A program made the position numbers and the translations under genes. Below the pieces are notes generated by a model. The model was given only the letters and a program-made list of their open reading frames with translations, was not told the DNA's origin and did not search any database. Shown piece by piece: positions 26,111 to 35,199 of a stretch of DNA of 55,383 nucleotides. Origin of the DNA: Gemmatimonadota bacterium. GTDB lineage: Bacteria; Orphanbacterota; Orphanbacteria; Orphanbacterales; Orphanbacteraceae. The first letter of the stretch is position 1. Each line of letters begins with the position of its first letter. Where the stretch lies: the NCBI GenBank assembly GCA_020061515.1, contig JAGUYC010000050.1, positions 1 through 55,383 of the forward strand, written 5' to 3'.

Positions 26111-27190
26111 TCAGGCTCCCTCGATCCGCCTTTCCGTCTCGCCGTCGAAGAAGTGGGCGCGGTCGATCGGGAAGCGGATCACGACCCGGTCCCCCGCGCG
26201 GAAGGGCGCGTCCGGTCCTGCGCGCGCGACCGCCCTCTTTCCTTCAACTGTAAGATAAATGTTCGACTCGCCGCCCATCGGCTCCACGAGATCGATCCCC
26301 GCCGGAAGACCCTTCCCTTCCTTGCCGACCTCGATATGCTCCGGACGGATCCCGAGGAGAAGGTCTTTCCCGCGGAGTCCCTCGGGAAGCGGGACCGCTC
26401 CCTGCCACCAATCGATCGGAATCCCCGCGATGAGAAAGCCGTCCGCCTCCCATCGGGCGGGGAACGTGTTCATCGGAGGCGAGCCGATGAACTCCGCGAC
26501 GAAGCGGTTCGCGGGGCGCTGATAGAGGCCGAGCGGTTCCGCGATCTGCTGAATCTCCCCCGCGCGGATCACCGTGATCCTCTCGCCCATCGTCATCGCC
26601 TCGACCTGGTCGTGAGTCACGTAGACGGTCGTGATCCGGAGTCTCCGGTGAAGCGCAGAGATCTCGGCGCGCATCTGCACGCGGAGTTTCGCGTCCAGGT
26701 TGGAGAGAGGCTCGTCGAACAGGAAGGCTTTCGGTTTTCGCACGATCGCTCGCCCGAGCGCGACGCGCTGCCTCTCGCCGCCCGAGAGGTGCTTCGGCAG
26801 CTTCTCGAGAAGCGGCTCGATGTTCAGGATCCCCGCCGCCTCGCGAACGAGACCGTCGATCTCCTTCTTCGGCAAGCCGCGGACGCGAAGGCCGAACGCG
26901 ATGTTGTCGTAGGCGGTCATGTGCGGGTAGAGGGCGTAGTTCTGGAAGACCATCGCCACGTCCCGCTCGCGAGGCGGAACCCCGTTGACACGCCGCCCGC
27001 CGATGGAGATCTCGCCGGAGTCGACCTCCTCGAGGCCGCTGATGACGCGTAGAACCGTCGATTTCCCGCATCCCGAGGGCCCCACGAGGACCATGAACTC
27101 CCGGTCCCCGATCTCGAGATCGATTCCTTTGAGGACCGGTTTTCCCTTGCCGTAGCTCTTGACGAGGCTTTTCAGAACGATTCCGGCCAA
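26111..27190 (-). CDS. Sugar ABC transporter ATPase (MalK/MsmX/UgpC-like)
   Basis: Walker A GPSGCGKST, signature LSGGERQR, Walker B FLFDEPLS, and a C-terminal regulatory/TOBE-like domain. The listed ORF starts at 27265. The in-frame TTG at 27190 sits 7 nt after GGAGGA and gives the canonical N-terminus (M)AGIVLKSLVKSYG. Confidence 0.9.
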   Translation of the reverse strand: MAGIVLKSLVKSYGKGKPVLKGIDLEIGDREFMVLVGPSGCGKSTVLRVISGLEEVDSGEISIGGRRVNGVPPRERDVAMVFQNYALYPHMTAYDNIAFGLRVRGLPKKEIDGLVREAAGILNIEPLLEKLPKHLSGGERQRVALGRAIVRKPKAFLFDEPLSNLDAKLRVQMRAEISALHRRLRITTVYVTHDQVEAMTMGERITVIRAGEIQQIAEPLGLYQRPANRFVAEFIGSPPMNTFPARWEADGFLIAGIPIDWWQGAVPLPEGLRGKDLLLGIRPEHIEVGKEGKGLPAGIDLVEPMGGESNIYLTVEGKRAVARAGPDAPFRAGDRVVIRFPIDRAHFFDGETERRIEGA

Positions 27191-27291
27191 TGTGGCTTCC
27201 TCCAGGCTCTTCGCGTGCTCGGACGCCGACGCCCCATTCTCATGGAAGACGGGCCGGCCGGTCAACCGTTTCGAGGACCGCCGAAGCGCTC

Positions 27292-27320
27292 TGGATTCAA
27301 GAGAATCTCTATGCTATAAT
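27292..27320 (+). promoter_or_regulatory. Candidate promoter for 27393..29438 in the divergent intergenic region
   Basis: Perfect TATAAT (27315-27320) 17 nt after TGGATT (27292-27297) in a local low-GC patch. A small palindrome GATTCAAGAGAATC overlaps the -35 region. Confidence 0.3.
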
Positions 27321-27392
27321 TACGCCGAGATCTGTGCCGTTTAGCGGCCCAATACGATTCGTCTCGTCCACGCACCGAACGGAGGAAGCCCG

Positions 27393-29438
27393 ATGAAACA
27401 TGCGCATGCGATTCTCGTCTCTCTCCTCGCGACGGCTCTCGCGATCGGAAGCGCCTTCGCGGAAGGTTTCGGAACCCCGACGCTGGACGGCGTCGTCGAC
27501 GGGGTCTATGGAAGCGCCGAAGCGTCCGACCCGGCGGGGGACCACTGGAACAACCTCAAAGCGATGGACATGCTAAACCTGTATGTCTGCAACGACAACA
27601 ACTTCTGGTACTTCCTCTTCACGGTGAACGAGAACCTGAGCACGACCAACTGGGGCAAGTACCTCCTCTACATCGACGTCACCAACGACGCGAACGGGGC
27701 GACATCGGACGCGTGGGGGCGGAAGACCAAGGCCGCCGACCCTCACAAACCCGAGTACAGCCTGAACACCTGGGTCAACGCGGCCCCTTACGGATCGGAA
27801 GACACGCAGTTCTGGGTCTGGAATCAGGGGACGACGTCCTGGTCGATGTCGGGCGGCGCCGACGGAGCGGCTCTTTCCGCCGGCGCGGTCTCCGGGATCG
27901 AGTACAAGCTGGCCCGCTCCCGCATCGGGGATCCGTCGACGATCTGGGTCGAGGTTTGGTCGACCGGCGAAACCGGCAACCCGCCCGCGCAGGACACGTC
28001 GAACGATCCGGCGGACGACTGGAACGCCTCGAACTGGGATGACACGGCGACCGTTCTCGTCTCGACGATGGTGACGCGGCAAAGCGGCGGGGACACCACG
28101 CCGCCGACGTTGGAGGACGCGTACATCATCGAGAGCAACCGGGACACGCTGATCGCGGTCTTCAGCGAGCCGCTCGACCCGACGGGCGCGGAGACTCCGG
28201 GCAACTACACCGTGACCGGCGTGACCGTGAACGGCGCGAAGCTCTACGGGGACAGCTCCCAAGTGCTTCTCACGCTCAGCGCGGACATGGGCCTCGGGTC
28301 GTGCCTCACCCTCGAGGCGGTGAACGTCAAGGACCGCGCGTTGAACACGATCGTCGACAACAACACGACCAACGTCCACGAGTTCTACCTGACCCAGCTC
28401 CTCGTCCGAGCAAACATGAACCTCTATCTGCGGACGAACTCCGCCGCACCGGATCCCGACACGGTGGCGATCGAGGGGAGCATTTCGCCGCTTACATGGG
28501 ACCCGACCTGCGACGACCTTCTCGCCGATCCGGAAGGAGATTCGATCTACGTCGGCCGGTTCGTCTTCATGCATACGTGCACGGACGGCGTCACGGACAC
28601 GGTCAACCTCGAGTACAAGTTCACCCACCAGTGCGCGACGTGGGAGAGCATCGGGAACCACGTCTACACGCTGGACGGAACGTACGCAATCGACACGCTC
28701 GACATTTGGTGGGAGAACCTCGCGCCGGTGGACTTCACGGACAAGGACATCGACGTCGTCTTCTTCGTCCGACACTGGAACATCCAGTGGGATTCCGACG
28801 TGGATTCGATCGGCGTCAACGGAAGCCAGGCGCCCCTGAACTGGGATGTCCCGCCGACGAACCGCCTCAAGGACGACGGCGTTCTCCCCGACTCGACGGC
28901 GGACGACGGAATCTTCTCCGCTCGATTCACGTTTCCGACCGGCACTCTGAAGAACGTGGACTTCAAGTTCCTCTGGAAACAGCTTCCGGACACGCTCTTC
29001 AACTACGAGTGCTTCGAGCAGTCGAACCGCAACGTCTACCTGAACGACACGCTTTTCTCGACGACGACTCCGATCGTGATGGATGTCTTCGTGTGGGACT
29101 ACTGCAGCATCGTGCAGGGGATCGGCGGCCGACATGTCCCCGCGACCGGGAGTGCGGAGCTGCTGCACAACGTTCCGAACCCGTTCAACCCGAACACGGC
29201 GATCGAGTTCACGCTCCCCGCGGACGCGTTCGTCGATCTGTCGATCTATGATGTCGGCGGGCGGCTCGTTCGCGGGCTTCTCCGGGGCAATCTCGCCGCC
29301 GGTTCTTACACCGGCGACCGGGCGGTCCCGTGGGACGGAACCGATGACGAAGGCCGGGCCGTGCGAAGCGGCGTCTACTTCTATCGCCTCAAGACGAACG
29401 AGAACGAGACGACCCGAAAGATGGTGCTTGTCCGGTAA
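27393..29438 (+). CDS. Surface protein: CBM9/DOMON-like module, Big-like domain, two CBM20-like starch-binding-like modules, T9SS-type C-terminal domain
   Basis: GGAGGAAG 4 nt upstream and signal peptide MKHAHAILVSLLATALAIGSAFA. TLDGVVDG...LYVCNDNNFWYFLF is the module shared with 11678..12967 and 15900..19907. The CTD is LLHNVPNPFNPNTAIEF...LSIYDVGGRLV...SGVYFYRL. Confidence 0.75.
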   Translation: MKHAHAILVSLLATALAIGSAFAEGFGTPTLDGVVDGVYGSAEASDPAGDHWNNLKAMDMLNLYVCNDNNFWYFLFTVNENLSTTNWGKYLLYIDVTNDANGATSDAWGRKTKAADPHKPEYSLNTWVNAAPYGSEDTQFWVWNQGTTSWSMSGGADGAALSAGAVSGIEYKLARSRIGDPSTIWVEVWSTGETGNPPAQDTSNDPADDWNASNWDDTATVLVSTMVTRQSGGDTTPPTLEDAYIIESNRDTLIAVFSEPLDPTGAETPGNYTVTGVTVNGAKLYGDSSQVLLTLSADMGLGSCLTLEAVNVKDRALNTIVDNNTTNVHEFYLTQLLVRANMNLYLRTNSAAPDPDTVAIEGSISPLTWDPTCDDLLADPEGDSIYVGRFVFMHTCTDGVTDTVNLEYKFTHQCATWESIGNHVYTLDGTYAIDTLDIWWENLAPVDFTDKDIDVVFFVRHWNIQWDSDVDSIGVNGSQAPLNWDVPPTNRLKDDGVLPDSTADDGIFSARFTFPTGTLKNVDFKFLWKQLPDTLFNYECFEQSNRNVYLNDTLFSTTTPIVMDVFVWDYCSIVQGIGGRHVPATGSAELLHNVPNPFNPNTAIEFTLPADAFVDLSIYDVGGRLVRGLLRGNLAAGSYTGDRAVPWDGTDDEGRAVRSGVYFYRLKTNENETTRKMVLVR

Positions 29439-29465
29439 CGGTTCGGCGCGGGATTCGACGCGCGA

Positions 29466-29497
29466 GGGGGGAAGATCGCTCTTCCCCCCTTTTCGTT
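29466..29497 (+). terminator. Rho-independent terminator
   Basis: Perfect 10-bp stem GGGGGGAAGA (29466-29475) / TCTTCCCCCC (29480-29489) with a 4-nt loop, followed by TTTTCGTT. Lies 28 nt after the stop of 27393..29438. Confidence 0.8.
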
Positions 29498-29660
29498 CGA
29501 TGCTTCGGCTGCGGTCGGTCGATCGTGATCCCGGGCGGGATGGAGACGATCCGGATGGCGGGGGCCCTCGCGAGCCTTTGCGTCAAGGGTTCCCACACGG
29601 AACTGGGAGAGGCCCCCGACCATCGCGGATCCGATTGTAAACGAAGGCCGCCGGCGCGGC

Positions 29661-31253
29661 TCAGCTCTTCAGGATCTTCTCGACTTCCTCCCGATCCGCG
29701 TCCATCACGTACTCGATCCCGCTCACCCGAGCCGCCTCCGGCGTGAGCGCCACGAGATCGTCTCTCGAGATATGTTCCAGTGAGAACTTTCGAGCGCCGC
29801 ACATGATCTGCCGGAGACCTTGGGCGAGACGTTCGTAGTAAGTGTAGAGCCCGATGGCTCCGGTCGGCAGCTTCTCGAACTCGTCGTCGCCGAGTTCCCT
29901 TCGAAGCTCCGCCGCCGTCACGAAGATCTCGTCCTTCGTGTTCCCGAAACGCTCGACGTAGACGGGGACCTGATTCTCCTCGATCGTGCGGCCGAGCGTC
30001 TTTCCGACCATGACGGCGGCGATCGGCGAACGGGCCATGCCGACGAGCTTCACGAACGGCGCGCCGAGGGCCAGACCCTTGAAGATGGCGTCCTCGAACG
30101 TGAACCCGCTGGCCACCGCGAGAGCGGGAAGGTGTTCCTTCTTCGCGGCGAGCATCGAGGCGTACTGGTAGAGAAGGGAGTGCAGCTCGACCGGAGGAAT
30201 GCCCCACTCGTTCATCATGCGCCACGGGCTCATCCCCGTCCCGCCTCCGGCCCCGTCGACCGTGAGGAGATCGAGCTTGAACTTGGAGGCGAACTTGATC
30301 GCCCTCGCGAGATCGGCCGGACGATACGCTCCGGTCTTCAGGAAGACGTACTTGGCGCCGGCCTTGCGCAGCTCCTCGACTCGCTTCCCGAATGATCCCT
30401 CCTCGACCATGCCGACGCGGGAATGCCGCTCGAACTCCTTGAACGCTCCGCGCTCGAACGCCTTGATGACGAGGGGATCCATCGGGTTCGGAAGAACGAC
30501 GTAGCCACGCTCATGAAGCATCTGCGCCTTCTTGAGATTGCGGACCTTGACCTCTCCCCCGATGTTCTTCGCTCCCTGGCCCCATTTGAGCTCGACGATC
30601 TGAACGCCGAGTTCCTGAATCGCGTACTCCTGCGCGCCGAGACGGGTATCCTCCACGTTCGCCTGCACGATGATCGCGCCGTACCCGTCTCGCTGATGAT
30701 CCTGGTAGAGACGCACGCGCCGTTTGAGATCGACCGTGTCGACGACCCGGCCTTTCTTGATCACCGACTCGGGATCCATCCCGGCGACGTTTTCGCCGAT
30801 GGTGAGTCCCGTTCCGGCGATCGCCGAACCGATCGCCAACCCGTCCCAGTTGTTCTTCGCCACGTCGGTGGAGCCGATTCCGGGGATGATCCACGGGTAG
30901 CGGAACTTGATCCCGCGATCATGCCCGAAGACCGCCTCGAGGCTGACGTTCGGGAAGATCGCCTTGTCGCTGTCCGCCTCGATCCCGTGGGCGCCCACGG
31001 CGGTCCCCATGATGTTGAAGTGCGAATAATCGACCGGATAGAACTTCTCGGCCGCCGTCGTGATGACGCCGAAGGGCTGGGGATAGATCACCTCGTGCCC
31101 ACGGTACGCGGACTTGCCGATCTCGCACATGCCGATGCACCCGTCCACGCAGGTCACGCACATGCCCGAGGAGGGAGTGATCGACTCCTCCGTCCTATTC
31201 TTCGTCAGCGTCGCGGCGGACGAGTTTGTCCTAGAGAATGTCTTCGATTGCAT
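29661..31253 (-). CDS. FMN-binding glutamate-synthase-family protein (GltB FMN/Fe-S domain only)
   Basis: Internal ATG 31253 (MQSKTF…). The listed N-terminal 24 aa are Arg/Lys junk overlapping the upstream gene. N-terminal Cys cluster CVTCVDGCIGMC. TIM-barrel FMN-site signature LTVDGAGGGTGMSPW. No amidotransferase or GXGXG domains. Confidence 0.85.
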   Translation of the reverse strand: MQSKTFSRTNSSAATLTKNRTEESITPSSGMCVTCVDGCIGMCEIGKSAYRGHEVIYPQPFGVITTAAEKFYPVDYSHFNIMGTAVGAHGIEADSDKAIFPNVSLEAVFGHDRGIKFRYPWIIPGIGSTDVAKNNWDGLAIGSAIAGTGLTIGENVAGMDPESVIKKGRVVDTVDLKRRVRLYQDHQRDGYGAIIVQANVEDTRLGAQEYAIQELGVQIVELKWGQGAKNIGGEVKVRNLKKAQMLHERGYVVLPNPMDPLVIKAFERGAFKEFERHSRVGMVEEGSFGKRVEELRKAGAKYVFLKTGAYRPADLARAIKFASKFKLDLLTVDGAGGGTGMSPWRMMNEWGIPPVELHSLLYQYASMLAAKKEHLPALAVASGFTFEDAIFKGLALGAPFVKLVGMARSPIAAVMVGKTLGRTIEENQVPVYVERFGNTKDEIFVTAAELRRELGDDEFEKLPTGAIGLYTYYERLAQGLRQIMCGARKFSLEHISRDDLVALTPEAARVSGIEYVMDADREEVEKILKS

Positions 31254-31977
31254 CTCCTGCTCCCTTTCCTTCTTTCTCTCGGCCGGTTTCCGGTTTTTTG
31301 GACGCCGCGGTGATCTCGCAGGCAACGCAAGGCTCCATGTAGCACATCATGTCCTCGAAAGGTTCCTTCTCGAGGCAGGGGGGGCTCAGGTTCGCGCATC
31401 CGCCGCAGATCGCCTTGTCCGGATCGGTGTACGTGCAGCGGAGCTGGCAGGCCGGGCACACGTAGATGCAACCCCCGCACAGCCGGCAGACTTCGGAACG
31501 GATGTCGAACGGCGTCCCGATGGTGCGTGTCTCGCCGCGCCCCCGGAAGCCGATCGCCTTCGCCATCATCTGTTCCTCGCACATCCGCACGCACAGCCCG
31601 CACATGATGCAGTCCTCATGTTCCTGTCGGAAACGCTGGCGGCGGATGTTGTGCGCGGAAGCCAGATCTTGGATAACCTTCGACTGCGGACAAGAGGCCA
31701 AGAGCAGCTCGAGGATGACCTTGCGGGCCCTCACGACGCGGGCAGACGAAGTCCTCACCTTCAGCCCCTCTTCGGCCGGATAGGTGCAGGAGGTCACCAG
31801 CTTCGCTCTCGGACCCTCGCCGATCTCGACCACGCAAAGCCGGCACGCTCCGTAAGGCGAAAGCCCCTCCATGTGGCACAAGGTCGGTATCGGAAAACCA
31901 TAGAAACGGGAAACCTCCAGGAGGGTCGTGCCCTTCTCGACCGATACCGACAAGCCGTTGATGTTCAGCGTGATCAC
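31231..31977 (-). CDS. 2Fe-2S plus 4Fe-4S iron-sulfur protein (NuoG/HydA N-terminal-like)
   Basis: GTG 31977 lies 8 nt after AGGAGG and overlaps the upstream stop as GTGA (31974-31977), giving (M)ITLNINGLSVSVEKGTTLLEV… Motifs: CHMEGLSPYGACRLCVVE (2Fe-2S) and CIMCGLCVRMC and CRLCGGCIYVCP (4Fe-4S). The 3-prime end overlaps the next gene by 23 nt. Confidence 0.8.
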   Translation of the reverse strand: MITLNINGLSVSVEKGTTLLEVSRFYGFPIPTLCHMEGLSPYGACRLCVVEIGEGPRAKLVTSCTYPAEEGLKVRTSSARVVRARKVILELLLASCPQSKVIQDLASAHNIRRQRFRQEHEDCIMCGLCVRMCEEQMMAKAIGFRGRGETRTIGTPFDIRSEVCRLCGGCIYVCPACQLRCTYTDPDKAICGGCANLSPPCLEKEPFEDMMCYMEPCVACEITAASKKPETGREKEGKGAGDAIEDIL

Positions 31978-34900
31978 GCGTATTGCCTCCTGGCTTCGGA
32001 CACCGATTCCTCCTCCTCCTTCGGCCTGGTGAACTCGAGGTCGCAGCGGAGGCACCGGTGCGCCTCACGGCTCGCTTCCTCGGGGGAAAGGGACACTTCC
32101 ACCTCGGCGAAGTTCCTCTTTCGCCACGCCGCCGCCGCGCGCGGCGTCTCCGTCCGTCCGCCCTCCTCTGCGCCCTCTTCGAGGGGAGCCGCCGGCTCGA
32201 TGTAGATCCTCGGAAGGACCGGCTGCGCGGGCTCGAGAAGGATCGCGCCCCGAACGTAGCGATCGATCATGATCGCCGCCTTCTTCCCCGCTGCGATCGC
32301 CTCCACCACGGTGTTCGGTCCGGTCACGAGATCGCCCGCGGCGAAGACGCCGGACCGGTTGGTGAGGAGCGTTTTCGGATCCACGCGCACCGTGTTCTTC
32401 TTGGTGATCTCCACTCCGCTCGAAAGCGCGGGGGAGATCGTGTCCGCTCCCGAGTCCTCGCCGATGGCGACGACCAGGGTATCCAAAGCGATCGTGTGCT
32501 CGGTTCCCGGAAGAGGAACCGGGCGCCGCCTTCCGCTGGAGTCGACCTCGCCGAGCTCGTTTCGAACGCACTCGACGCCGACGAGCCGCCCGCCTTCCGA
32601 AAGCACGCGAAGAGGCGTGACGAGCGTCTGGATCGCGATCCCTTCCTGCTCCGCCGCCTCGACCTCCTCCGCGAACGCGGGCATCTCGTCTCGCGTTCGG
32701 CGGTAGAGGATCGTGACGCTTTCGACGCCGTCCAGTCGGAGCGCCGTTCGGGCGGCGTCCACGGCGGAGTTGCCCCCGCCGATCACCCCGACGCGGCCCT
32801 TCGCCGGCTTCGTCCCGCGGAGGTTGAAGGCCTTCAGGAACTCGATCGACGGATGAACGCCCGCGACGTTCTCGCCTTCCAGGCGAAGGGGAACGCTCCT
32901 GTGCGCGCCGATTGCCAGAAGCACCGCACCGTAGCCGTCCTTGATCAGTCCGTCCACGTCGATGTCGCGCCCGAGGGCGACTCCGCACTCGATGCGGATG
33001 TTCTCGTTGAGGAGCGCGTGGATCTCTTTCTCGATGACTTCCCTCGGCAGGCGGTAGGGCGGGATCGCGCAGTAGAGCATGCCGCCCGGCCTGTCTTCCG
33101 CCTCAAACACCGTGACCTTGTAACCCTTGAGAGAGAGATGGTGGGCGGCGGTGATGCCCGCGGGCCCCGAACCGACGATGGCGACGCGGGGCGGTTCCCC
33201 GTCCTCCCAAACCGCCGGGGTCGGCCGGCAGATCGAAGGATCGGTGCGGTCGGTGATGAAGCGTTTCAAGGCGCGGATCGCCACCGCATCCCCTCCGGTC
33301 GCGCCCGCCACGCATCTTTCCTCGCACGGATGATGGCAGACACGCGCGCAGACCGAAGGGAACGGGTTCGTCTCCCGGATCGCGCGGTAGGCTTCCTCGT
33401 ACTCGCCGCGAGCGATGTGCGCGACATAGCGCCACGCCTCCGTTCCGAGGGGACACGCGGCCTGGCAGGGAGCCCCGACAAGCGGCCGGCAAACGAACGC
33501 ATCGCACTTCTTGTCGACGACGTGCCGCAGGTACTCCTCGCGGAAGTATCGCAGCGTGCTGAGCACCGGGTTCGGAGCCGTCTGGCCGAGTCCGCACATC
33601 GTGGTGTCCTTCACCACGTGCGCCAACTCCTCCAGAAGATCGATGTGCTCGAGCGTTCCCTTTCCCGAGGCGATGTCCTCGAGGATCTCGTACATCCGCT
33701 GCGTCCCCTTGCGGCACGTGAAGCACTTCCCGCACGATTCATCCTTCAAGAAGTTCATGAAGTACTTCGCCACATCGACCATGCACGTGTTCTCGTCCAT
33801 GACGATCATCCCGCCGGAGCCCATGATGGTTCCTGCTTCCGCCAGGCTGTCGTAGTCGATGGGGAGGTCGAACTTGTCCGCGGGAATGCAGCCGCCCGAC
33901 GGTCCACCCGTCTGAATGGCTTTGATCCTCGCCTTGCCGGAAGGGCCCCCTCCGATCTCGTAGACGATCTTTCGGATCGTGGTCCCCATCGGGACTTCCA
34001 CGAGGCCCGTGTTCTTGATCTTTCCGACGAGGCTGAAGATCTTCGTTCCGGAATTGCCTTTGGTTCCGATCTTCGCGAACTCATCCGCCCCGCGCCGGAT
34101 GATCAGCGGAATGTTCGCCCAGGTCTCGACGTTGTTGATCGCGGTCGGCCTCCCGCCGATTCCTCTCTGAACCGGGAACGGAGGACGCTGGCGAGGTTCA
34201 CCGATCTTCCCTTCGATCGAACGGATGAGCGCGGTCTCCTCACCGCACACGAACGCGCCCGCCCCCTTGACGATGTCGATGTCGAACGAGAACGTCGTGC
34301 CCAGGATCTCCCGGCCCAAAAGCCCATACTCGCGGGCCTGTCTCAGGGCGATGATCAGGTGCTTGATCGCGAGCGGGTATTCATTCCGCACATAAACGAT
34401 CCCCTTTGTTGCTCCCGTTCCGTAGGCCCCGATGATCATCCCCTCGATGATGCTGTGGGGATTCCCCTCGAGGATGCTCCGGTCCATGTACGCGCCCGGA
34501 TCCCCCTCGTCCGCGTTGCACACGAGGTACTTGCCGCCGTCGACCGGTTGCGCCGCGAGAAGCTCCCATTTCCTCCCCGTGGGAAACCCGCCGCCCCCAC
34601 GCCCGCGGAGCCCGGACTTCTTGACCTCCTCCACCACCCACTGCGGGCTCCCGCTCGCCAGCGCCTTCTCGAGAGCGGCGTATCCTTCCTCCGAGATGTA
34701 GTTGTTGATTCGAATCGGATCGACCTTCTGTCCCATCTCCAGCAAACTGCGCTTCTGATATTTGAAGAACGGAATATCGTCTTGTCGGTAGTACTTCCGT
34801 CCGGATTGGGGATCCTGATAGACCAGCTCATCCACATGCTCTCCGACAAGGGCGGCATCGATGATGCGCGGCACGTCCTCCAGCCGCACCTGAGCGTAGA

Positions 34901-35159
34901 AGGCTCCTGCGGGCTCCACCAGAACGAAAGGACCCATCTCGCAGTCCAGGATGTCCCCCCCCGTGATGGTGAGGGCGATCTTGTCCTGGATACCCCTGGT
35001 CATGATGTGTCGCTTCGCGACCCGGATGATGCCGTTCGAGCCGCACGCTTGGCAGGCGGTCCCCGCGCACAGAACGACGCGAAGCCTGCCCGCATCCACG
35101 TCATAGCGGAGAATGCCCCGGAGTCTCTTCAGATCGTCGATGGAAGCCAATCTCGGCAT
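31974..35159 (-). CDS. Fusion flavoprotein: NuoF/HydB-like NADH-FMN module fused to GltD/NfnB-like FAD-NAD(P)H oxidoreductase
   Basis: 1061 aa. N-terminal thioredoxin-like region VLCAGTACQACGS. NuoF signatures GRGGGGFPTGRKW, CGKCFTCRKG, MCGLGQTAP. GltD-like Fe-S region CQAACPLG…CARVCHHPCEERC. Two Rossmann motifs: VAIVGSGPAGITAA and VGVIGGGNSAVDAA. Confidence 0.9.
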   Translation of the reverse strand: MPRLASIDDLKRLRGILRYDVDAGRLRVVLCAGTACQACGSNGIIRVAKRHIMTRGIQDKIALTITGGDILDCEMGPFVLVEPAGAFYAQVRLEDVPRIIDAALVGEHVDELVYQDPQSGRKYYRQDDIPFFKYQKRSLLEMGQKVDPIRINNYISEEGYAALEKALASGSPQWVVEEVKKSGLRGRGGGGFPTGRKWELLAAQPVDGGKYLVCNADEGDPGAYMDRSILEGNPHSIIEGMIIGAYGTGATKGIVYVRNEYPLAIKHLIIALRQAREYGLLGREILGTTFSFDIDIVKGAGAFVCGEETALIRSIEGKIGEPRQRPPFPVQRGIGGRPTAINNVETWANIPLIIRRGADEFAKIGTKGNSGTKIFSLVGKIKNTGLVEVPMGTTIRKIVYEIGGGPSGKARIKAIQTGGPSGGCIPADKFDLPIDYDSLAEAGTIMGSGGMIVMDENTCMVDVAKYFMNFLKDESCGKCFTCRKGTQRMYEILEDIASGKGTLEHIDLLEELAHVVKDTTMCGLGQTAPNPVLSTLRYFREEYLRHVVDKKCDAFVCRPLVGAPCQAACPLGTEAWRYVAHIARGEYEEAYRAIRETNPFPSVCARVCHHPCEERCVAGATGGDAVAIRALKRFITDRTDPSICRPTPAVWEDGEPPRVAIVGSGPAGITAAHHLSLKGYKVTVFEAEDRPGGMLYCAIPPYRLPREVIEKEIHALLNENIRIECGVALGRDIDVDGLIKDGYGAVLLAIGAHRSVPLRLEGENVAGVHPSIEFLKAFNLRGTKPAKGRVGVIGGGNSAVDAARTALRLDGVESVTILYRRTRDEMPAFAEEVEAAEQEGIAIQTLVTPLRVLSEGGRLVGVECVRNELGEVDSSGRRRPVPLPGTEHTIALDTLVVAIGEDSGADTISPALSSGVEITKKNTVRVDPKTLLTNRSGVFAAGDLVTGPNTVVEAIAAGKKAAIMIDRYVRGAILLEPAQPVLPRIYIEPAAPLEEGAEEGGRTETPRAAAAWRKRNFAEVEVSLSPEEASREAHRCLRCDLEFTRPKEEEESVSEARRQYA

Positions 35160-35199
35160 GCTAGCACCTCCGCCGGCCGGCGAACACGCGCCGGATCCG

